Shown: positions 17,043-22,649 of the stretch, piece by piece | How positions within the stretch are numbered: position 1 is the stretch's first letter | Layout of the letters: each line of letters starts with the position of its first letter | NCBI GenBank assembly: GCA_043750125.1 | Contig: JAYVCD010000158.1 | Coordinates: 1-22,649, forward strand | Reading direction: 5' to 3' | DNA from: Archangiaceae bacterium | GTDB lineage: Bacteria > Myxococcota > Myxococcia > Myxococcales > Myxococcaceae | DNA: 22,649 nucleotides | Notes under the pieces: generated by a model | The model's input: the letters and a program-made list of their open reading frames with translations, nothing else | What the model was told of the DNA's origin: nothing | Databases searched by the model: none | Translations under genes and position numbers: made by a program

Positions 17043-17058
17043 CGCAACGGCTGAGCCA
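17043..17058 (-). promoter_or_regulatory. Sigma54 -24/-12 promoter of the beta-barrel gene
   Basis: Minus strand TGGCTCAGCCGTTGCG = GG-N10-GC with TTGC, just upstream of ATG 17030. Confidence 0.6.
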
Positions 17059-17060
17059 CT

Positions 17061-17144
17061 GCGCAAAGGTTGCGACCGCGGGTCCCTGCAACGACATTCG
17101 CGTGAAGAATCTGCACGCCCCGCCCGGCGATGCTCTTTCTGCGC
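17061..17144. promoter_or_regulatory. Three candidate enhancer-binding-protein sites of GCGCA-N5-TGCGC type
   Basis: GCGCA-AAGGT-TGCGA (17061-17075), GTGAA-GAATC-TGCAC (17102-17116), ATGCT-CTTTC-TGCGC (17130-17144), all between the two sigma54 boxes. Confidence 0.45.
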
Positions 17145-17178
17145 TGTTTCACCTCGCTCTCCGGTCGACGCGTGAGTT

Positions 17179-17194
17179 GGGCGCATCCGTTGCA
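17179..17194 (+). promoter_or_regulatory. Sigma54 -24/-12 promoter of nirK
   Basis: GGGCGCATCCGTTGCA: GG 17180-17181, N10, GC 17192-17193 within TTGCA. Confidence 0.6.
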
Positions 17195-17208
17195 CAAGGC
17201 CTTCGCCA

Positions 17209-18672
17209 ATGAACTTTTCGAAAACAATGGGATGCCTGTTGATGCTGGCCCTTGTGGCAGGCTGTGAACGCGCGCCCCCGGAAACGAAGCGGAAATCGGC
17301 AGACCTGGGACCCCCGCAGGGTGCGCCGGTGAACGCGGTGTTGACCGATGCCCCAGTGGTGCCCAATGCCACAGGCCGGAAAGCCCCCGCGAAAGTGGTG
17401 GTGGAATTGGTCGTGAAGGAAGTCACCGGGCAGCTGGCCGATGGCGTCGACTACGTATTCTGGACCTTCGGCGGCAAGGTGCCCGGCAAGTTCATCCGCA
17501 TTCGGCACGGGGACACGGTCGAGTTCCACCTCTCGAACGATCCGGGCAACAAGATGCCGCACAACATCGATCTTCACGCCGTCACCGGGCCCGGAGGTGG
17601 AGCGGCGAGCAGCTTCACCGCTCCGGGCCACACCTCGCAGTTCACCTTCAAGGCGCTCAACGCGGGCCTGTACGTCTACCATTGCGCGACCGCCCCGGTC
17701 GGAATGCACATCGCCAACGGAATGTACGGGCTGATCTTCGTCGAGCCTCAAGACGGGCTCGCGCCGGTCGACCACGAGTTCTACGTGATGCAGGGCGACT
17801 TCTACACCGTGGGCCGCTACCGCGAGAAAGGCCTGCAGCCCTTCGACATGCAAAAAGCAATCGACGAGAAGCCAACCTACGTCGTCTTCAACGGGTCCGA
17901 GGGTGGCTTGCTCGGAGACCAGGCACTGAAGGTGAAGACGGGCGAAAAAATTCGACTCTTTCTCGGCAACGGAGGGCCGAACCTGGTGAGCAGCTTTCAC
18001 GTCATCGGGGAAATCTTCGATCGCGTCTATTGGGAAGGCGGCAGCCACTACCAGGAGAACGTGCAGACCACGCTCATCCCCGCGGGCGGTTCGGCGATCA
18101 TCGAATTCACGGTCGATGTCCCCGGGACCTACCTGCTGGTCGACCACTCCATTTTCCGAACGTTCAACAAAGGTGCACTGGCGATGCTCAAGGCCGAAGG
18201 CCCGGCCAACAAAGAAATCTACTCGGGCAAAGAGGTGGACGAGGTCTACATCGGCGACAAAGCGGCGCAGAGCCCCGTCGCCCGAGCGGCACCCGCGGGA
18301 GGAAAACAAACGCTCGAAGATCAGATCGCCTCGGGGAAGGTCTTGTTCGCGGGCACCTGCTCGGTGTGCCACCAGCTCGAGGGCCAGGGGCTGGCCAATG
18401 TCTTTCCACCCCTCGCCAAAAGCGACTTCTTGATGGCCGACAAGCTTCGGTCGATCGCCATTCCGCTCAACGGGCTGACGGGTGAGGTCGTCGTCAATGG
18501 CCAGAAGTTCACTTCGGTGATGCCGCCGATGAGCCAGCTCACCGATGCTGCGATCGCCGACATTCTCACCTACGTCCGCAATTCGTTCGGCAACACGGGT
18601 GAGGCGGTGAGCGTTGCTGAGGTGACGAAGGTGCGGGCCACCACCCAACGGCCGGCAGGCGCGGCGCAGTGA
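17209..18672 (+). CDS. nirK: Copper-containing nitrite reductase with C-terminal cytochrome c domain, lipoprotein
   Basis: Lipobox [38 protein letters not shown] provide type 1/type 2 Cu ligands and catalytic Asp/His; haem motif CSVCH with distal MPPM. Confidence 0.95.
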   Translation: MNFSKTMGCLLMLALVAGCERAPPETKRKSADLGPPQGAPVNAVLTDAPVVPNATGRKAPAKVVVELVVKEVTGQLADGVDYVFWTFGGKVPGKFIRIRHGDTVEFHLSNDPGNKMPHNIDLHAVTGPGGGAASSFTAPGHTSQFTFKALNAGLYVYHCATAPVGMHIANGMYGLIFVEPQDGLAPVDHEFYVMQGDFYTVGRYREKGLQPFDMQKAIDEKPTYVVFNGSEGGLLGDQALKVKTGEKIRLFLGNGGPNLVSSFHVIGEIFDRVYWEGGSHYQENVQTTLIPAGGSAIIEFTVDVPGTYLLVDHSIFRTFNKGALAMLKAEGPANKEIYSGKEVDEVYIGDKAAQSPVARAAPAGGKQTLEDQIASGKVLFAGTCSVCHQLEGQGLANVFPPLAKSDFLMADKLRSIAIPLNGLTGEVVVNGQKFTSVMPPMSQLTDAAIADILTYVRNSFGNTGEAVSVAEVTKVRATTQRPAGAAQ

Positions 18673-19430
18673 CGGCGACGGCGGCAGCTCTGTGGGTCGC
18701 CCTCGCGCTGGCAGCTGAGCTTCCCCGGCGGCTGCCCGTGGGTCCGGGCATCTACGTCCCCCTCTATCCGGCGGCGCCGGCGGAAACCAAGGTGAGCATC
18801 AGCGCCTTCACCCTCGACACCGCCCCGGTGACCAACCGCGACTTTCTCGCATTCGTCACCGAAAATCCCCAGTGGCGCCGCGACCGGATCAAGCGGGTCT
18901 TTGCCGACCTCGGCTACCTTCAACACTGGTCGGGGCCGATGGACCCCGGCTCGGATGCGGGGCAGCGGCCGGTGACTTTCGTGAGCTGGTTTGCAGCCCG
19001 GGCCTACTGTCGCTGGACCGGCGGCCGATTGCCGACCGAAGCCGAGTGGGAATTCGTCGCAGCGGCGGACGAGAAGCAAAAGGACGCCCGCCGCACGACC
19101 GCTTTTCGGCAGAAGCTTCTGGCCTGGTACGGCAGGCCCAACCCACCGCAGTTGGCGAACGTCGGCGAAAGCCGGCCCAACGTCTGGGGAATCCACGACG
19201 TTCACGGGCTGGTCTGGGAGTGGGTGCTCGACTTCGGCAACACGATGATCAGCGGTGACAGCCGCGACGGAAAAGACCCCAGCGGTCGGCAATTCTGTGG
19301 AGCCGGCGCGACCAACGCGAGTGAGAAAGAGGACTACCCGGGCTTCATGCGCATCGCGTACCGCAGCTCGCTCGAGGCACGGTACACGGTCGGCAATCTG
19401 GGATTCCGGTGTGCCGGAGACAAGCAATGA
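18669..19430 (+). CDS. Formylglycine-generating-enzyme (SUMF1) domain protein, NirV-like
   Basis: [53 protein letters not shown] overlap with the nirK stop. Confidence 0.88.
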   Translation: MTATAAALWVALALAAELPRRLPVGPGIYVPLYPAAPAETKVSISAFTLDTAPVTNRDFLAFVTENPQWRRDRIKRVFADLGYLQHWSGPMDPGSDAGQRPVTFVSWFAARAYCRWTGGRLPTEAEWEFVAAADEKQKDARRTTAFRQKLLAWYGRPNPPQLANVGESRPNVWGIHDVHGLVWEWVLDFGNTMISGDSRDGKDPSGRQFCGAGATNASEKEDYPGFMRIAYRSSLEARYTVGNLGFRCAGDKQ

Positions 19431-19981
19431 ACCTTTGGCTCAGCCTGCTGCTCTTCGCCGCCCCGGTCCCAGGGGAGGTCGCCACCGCCAACCTCTATGA
19501 CCTCGACGTGGCGCTGGTCGACCACACCGGAAAGAGCGTGAAGCTCGACACTTTCCGCGGTCACCCCGTGGTGATCAGCATGTTCTATGGAACCTGCACC
19601 ACCGCCTGTCCGCTGCTGGTCGCCAAGCTGCAGGGCCTCGAGGCGAAGCTGTCCGCCAAAGCGCGCGCAGACACCCGGGTCCTGCTCGTCAGCTTCGATC
19701 CCAATCGCGACACGCCTGAAACCTTGAAGAAGCTCGCGGGCTCCTTTGGCGTGGACGGCCGCTGGATGTTGGCCCGCACCTCCGCCGAATCGGTGCGCGA
19801 GCTGGCGGCCGCACTTGGCATCCGCTACCGGTTTCTTTCCAACGGGATGCTCAATCACTCGTCGGTGCTGACCGTGCTCGACGCTGCAGGAAACATCTCG
19901 ACCCGCATCGAAGGGCTCGACGCCCCGGCCGCGGCGCTGGTGACGACGATCGAGGCGCTGAGCCGAGACTTGCCACCCTAG
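19427..19981 (+). CDS. SCO/SenC family copper chaperone
   Basis: MFYGTCTTACP (CxxxC), VSFDPNRDTP, NHSS His ligand; ATGA overlap with the upstream gene. Confidence 0.9.
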   Translation: MNLWLSLLLFAAPVPGEVATANLYDLDVALVDHTGKSVKLDTFRGHPVVISMFYGTCTTACPLLVAKLQGLEAKLSAKARADTRVLLVSFDPNRDTPETLKKLAGSFGVDGRWMLARTSAESVRELAAALGIRYRFLSNGMLNHSSVLTVLDAAGNISTRIEGLDAPAAALVTTIEALSRDLPP

Positions 19982-20011
19982 AGCTGGCGCTGCTGCTAGA
20001 CGGCGGGCCTG

Positions 20012-20146
20012 ATGACAACCGCGCGCCCGTGGACCGTGAATCGCCCTCAGCCTCTCGTGCAACGGGACGACGGCCTGTGGACCATCGATGACGACGTGCC
20101 CGGCATGCGGGGGGCTCTGCGCGCGCTCGCCTCGACGCTGAACTGA
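20012..20146 (+). pseudogene. 44-codon remnant, probably N- and C-termini of a DUF4336-like protein joined by deletion
   Basis: MTTARPWTVNRPQPLVQRDDGLWTIDDDVPGMR|GALRALASTLN*; resemblance judged by eye only. Confidence 0.4.
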
Positions 20147-20156
20147 CAGCTGCGGC

Positions 20157-21023
20157 TCAGCGCCCGAACGTCACGCCGAAGTAGACGCGGAAATTCGGAG
20201 TCGTCGGTGCGCCCGCAATTCCCGGGCCTCCGAGGATGAACAGCTCGACGTCTTTGAACGGGTAGCGAACGCCGAACAACAGCTCGGCGCCCGGCGCAGT
20301 TCCCACCAGCGAGGCGAACGCCCGCCCGCTGACCTCGCCCCGAACACCCGAGTTCACCATGCTCGCGCCGACCGACAGGTAGAGCTGCGAGCCGACGCGA
20401 TCTGCTCTTTGAACCTGGACGACAGAAATACCGCTCGCATCGGCGAACGAGCCCAGCCCTCGAATCAGGCCTCCGGCTTCGGCCCCGAGCTGGACGTGAG
20501 TGAAGCGATGGCCGACGTTGACCCTCGGCACGAACACCAGCCCGCCGTTGCCCAACGCCCCCACCGTCCCCACCGGGATTCCAATTCCGATCGACGCCCA
20601 CACCGCGAGGGGCGAAGGCGCTGGGAGAATCGCCAGCTTCGCGTGGAGGAAGGGGGTGACGAGCCCCGACGGGCTGGGCGCAAAGCCGGGCCGCTCGGAG
20701 TTCTGGTGCACCACCACTGGAATGTCGGCAGACAGCTCGAGCCAATCGGTGACGCCAATCGCAGTGAGCAGATGAAGCGCGAAGCGATCTCGCAGCAGCA
20801 GCGCTCCTCCGCTTTGAAGTTGTCCCTGGGTGTACTGCAGCACCGCGCTGACCCGGAACGTGCCGCCCGGAAGCGTCTGCCCGTCTCCCACCAGCAATGA
20901 GCCCTTCGCGGCTGGATCCAGATACAGCTGCTCGAGCTCAGCGGTGGAAGCGACCTGCGCGAAGGCCGTTGCGACCCCCAGCAACACCGCGGCGAGGACA
21001 GCCCGGTTAATGGCTGCCAACAT
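20157..21023 (-). CDS. Outer-membrane beta-barrel protein resembling the N-terminal domain of myxobacterial OmpA-family proteins
   Basis: GAAGAGG directly before ATG 21023; signal peptide; ELEQLYLDPAAKGSLLVGDGQTL, LELSADIPVVVHQ, TPNFRVYFGVTF; no OmpA C-terminal domain. Confidence 0.72.
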   Translation of the reverse strand: MLAAINRAVLAAVLLGVATAFAQVASTAELEQLYLDPAAKGSLLVGDGQTLPGGTFRVSAVLQYTQGQLQSGGALLLRDRFALHLLTAIGVTDWLELSADIPVVVHQNSERPGFAPSPSGLVTPFLHAKLAILPAPSPLAVWASIGIGIPVGTVGALGNGGLVFVPRVNVGHRFTHVQLGAEAGGLIRGLGSFADASGISVVQVQRADRVGSQLYLSVGASMVNSGVRGEVSGRAFASLVGTAPGAELLFGVRYPFKDVELFILGGPGIAGAPTTPNFRVYFGVTFGR

Positions 21024-21456
21024 CCTCTTCACCGTGGACGTGGGCGGTGTCGAGCTTCTCGGCCCTGGCGCGGCACGCATCGAGCTCACGCATCTTCGCC
21101 GGCCGGTCGGCTTCCGCGCTGGTTCCAAGCTCTTCGGCCAGTCGCTGGCATTGCTTGAGGACGGCAATGACGTCGGAAGGCAGGTGCGCACCGCCTTGAA
21201 TCGCCAGCGGGGTGCGCAGCTTCGGCTGTTGCGCGTTGAGCAACGCGTCGCGCAGCGCATCGGCCTTCGGTCGGGCGACTGAGCTGCTCGGAACCGTCTT
21301 CAAGAGAGTGAGCACCTCTGCGAAGCAAGGACCGTTGGGCGCCTCGCCGCGGCTCACACAGTCGGAATACTTTTCCAGCGCCTGTTTGTGACGCTCGACA
21401 CCCTCGTCTTTGCACGAGGCCAGCAACAGCAGCAGCACCGCCCGACGCGCTCTCAC
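21007..21456 (-). CDS. Hypothetical helical lipoprotein (149 aa)
   Basis: GTG 21456 overlaps the upstream stop (GTGA); RARRAVLLLLLAS-C lipobox; four more Cys; HVHGEE..SH tail. Confidence 0.72.
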   Translation of the reverse strand: MRARRAVLLLLLASCKDEGVERHKQALEKYSDCVSRGEAPNGPCFAEVLTLLKTVPSSSVARPKADALRDALLNAQQPKLRTPLAIQGGAHLPSDVIAVLKQCQRLAEELGTSAEADRPAKMRELDACRARAEKLDTAHVHGEEDVGSH

Positions 21457-22610
21457 CGCCGACGCACCCGAACCCACAGCAGGGCGATCGCTCCGAGCAA
21501 CAAGCCTCCAGGTGAAGCGCAGCCGCAGCCGTTGGGGTGGCCTGGGTCGGCACCCCCGCTGCCGCCTGCCCCGCCCGCGCTTCCTCCTCCGGAGCCTCCG
21601 CCCGTACTGCCGCCTCCGCCGGAACCTCCGACGCCGCCACCAGCGCCTCCGACTCCACCCGCACTGCCGGTGCCCCCATCAGGAATCGTGAAGCCGCCGT
21701 CATCGGAACCGGGGTGGGTGAAGCCTCCGGGAACTGGAAAGCCCTTGAGAATGATTTCGCTGCCCGGCCCAGCCATCGAACAGGCGGTCGGAAAGCCAGC
21801 CAACGCGGGACTGCCGGCCTGCACCCACGCCGACCAGATCAAGCTCGACATCATCGTGACCGCGTCGCCCCAACGGCGCGCCGTGAGGTCTTTGACCGCG
21901 AGGTAGAAGGCCGGAATGTCGTGCACGCTCGCGTCCATTCCCGAGCTGGTCGCCACGTCCGCAGCGATCAAATCGGGCACCTTCGAATTTCCCACCCCGA
22001 CGATGTCGAAGATGTTGTTGACCGGATCCACGCGGCCCGCGGTGCCGTAGTAGCTCGTTGAGAGCGTGGTGATTCCGTTGATGTTGGCACTGAGCTGCAA
22101 CATCTCGGATTCCCACCGCGAATGGAGACCGTTCGGATCAAAGTTCTTGGTGTCGTGCAGCAGTGAGAATGAATCCATCACGTAGTGCGAGAAGAAGAAG
22201 ACGGTGTCGAGGATCTGCGTCTCGTTCTGGCTCGCAAACGCGGCGACCAGCAGCGCGTACTGATCTCGCACCCGCCACGGCACCTGCCCATTGTTCTTCG
22301 CGTTGTTCACCCCCAACTGCGTCTGCGCGACCGCGTAGTCGCGCGGATAGTTTCCAGCGGGGTTGACCCAATCGATTTCGAGGAAATGGCGCGGCGCCTC
22401 GAGGGGATCCGTGAGCCGATTGCGGTCCGGGTTGCACGCCGAGTCCTGCAGGGCGGCCGTCTGCCGCGCCTTCAGCCACAGGCGCAGACACTGGTCGGCG
22501 GGCATCGCGTCCTGCATCACCGAGGCGAGGCGGCGGTGGCCATCGAAGCCCCACCCCAGAGCAGCCGAGGGAACCAGCAGCAAGCCCCACGAGATCAAGA
22601 GTGCGCGCAC
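21453..22610 (-). CDS. S1/P1 nuclease / Zn-phospholipase C fold enzyme with Gly-rich linker and MYXO-CTERM-like tail
   Basis: Signal peptide then WGFDGH; NPDRNR; RHFLEID; SHYVMDSFSLLH; LHSRWES cover the tri-zinc ligand positions; tail GCGCASPGGLLLGAIALLWVRVRRR. Confidence 0.85.
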   Translation of the reverse strand: MRALLISWGLLLVPSAALGWGFDGHRRLASVMQDAMPADQCLRLWLKARQTAALQDSACNPDRNRLTDPLEAPRHFLEIDWVNPAGNYPRDYAVAQTQLGVNNAKNNGQVPWRVRDQYALLVAAFASQNETQILDTVFFFSHYVMDSFSLLHDTKNFDPNGLHSRWESEMLQLSANINGITTLSTSYYGTAGRVDPVNNIFDIVGVGNSKVPDLIAADVATSSGMDASVHDIPAFYLAVKDLTARRWGDAVTMMSSLIWSAWVQAGSPALAGFPTACSMAGPGSEIILKGFPVPGGFTHPGSDDGGFTIPDGGTGSAGGVGGAGGGVGGSGGGGSTGGGSGGGSAGGAGGSGGADPGHPNGCGCASPGGLLLGAIALLWVRVRRR

Positions 22611-22649
22611 GCCGGGCAGGCTAGCAGGCAGGGCGGAAAGTCACTGTCT

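Noticed and set aside
21540..21700. CCG/CCT-rich tandem-like repeats
   Set aside because: They encode the Gly/Ser linker of the nuclease on the minus strand; not CRISPR or an independent repeat.

Overview
High-GC bacterial chromosomal segment, most likely Myxococcota (MYXO-CTERM-like sorting tail, MglA-like remnant, myxobacterial-type barrel and FHA/PEGA proteins). Housekeeping genes: rnz, an S9 peptidase, an aldo/keto reductase, fmt-aroQ-like-rsmB, rtcA and a TerC-family gene. There is an accessory nitrite-reduction cluster: lipoprotein NirK fused to cytochrome c, an FGE/NirV-like protein and a SCO protein. It is divergent from an uncharacterised outer-membrane beta-barrel gene, with back-to-back sigma54 promoters and candidate enhancer sites between them. 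A surface S1/P1-type nuclease, lipoprotein and beta-barrel operon ends the window. Most unusual: (i) a type II dehydroquinase homolog lacking the catalytic residues and carrying an extra C-terminal domain; (ii) an unannotated remnant of a signal-peptide-bearing MglA-like protein with a degenerate P-loop, fused to an FAD-monooxygenase fragment; (iii) several intergenic 'collapsed gene' scars (OxyR-like, beta-propeller repeat, DUF4336-like). No rRNA, tRNA, CRISPR array or mobile element was recognised. All family calls come from motif recognition by eye, not database searches.
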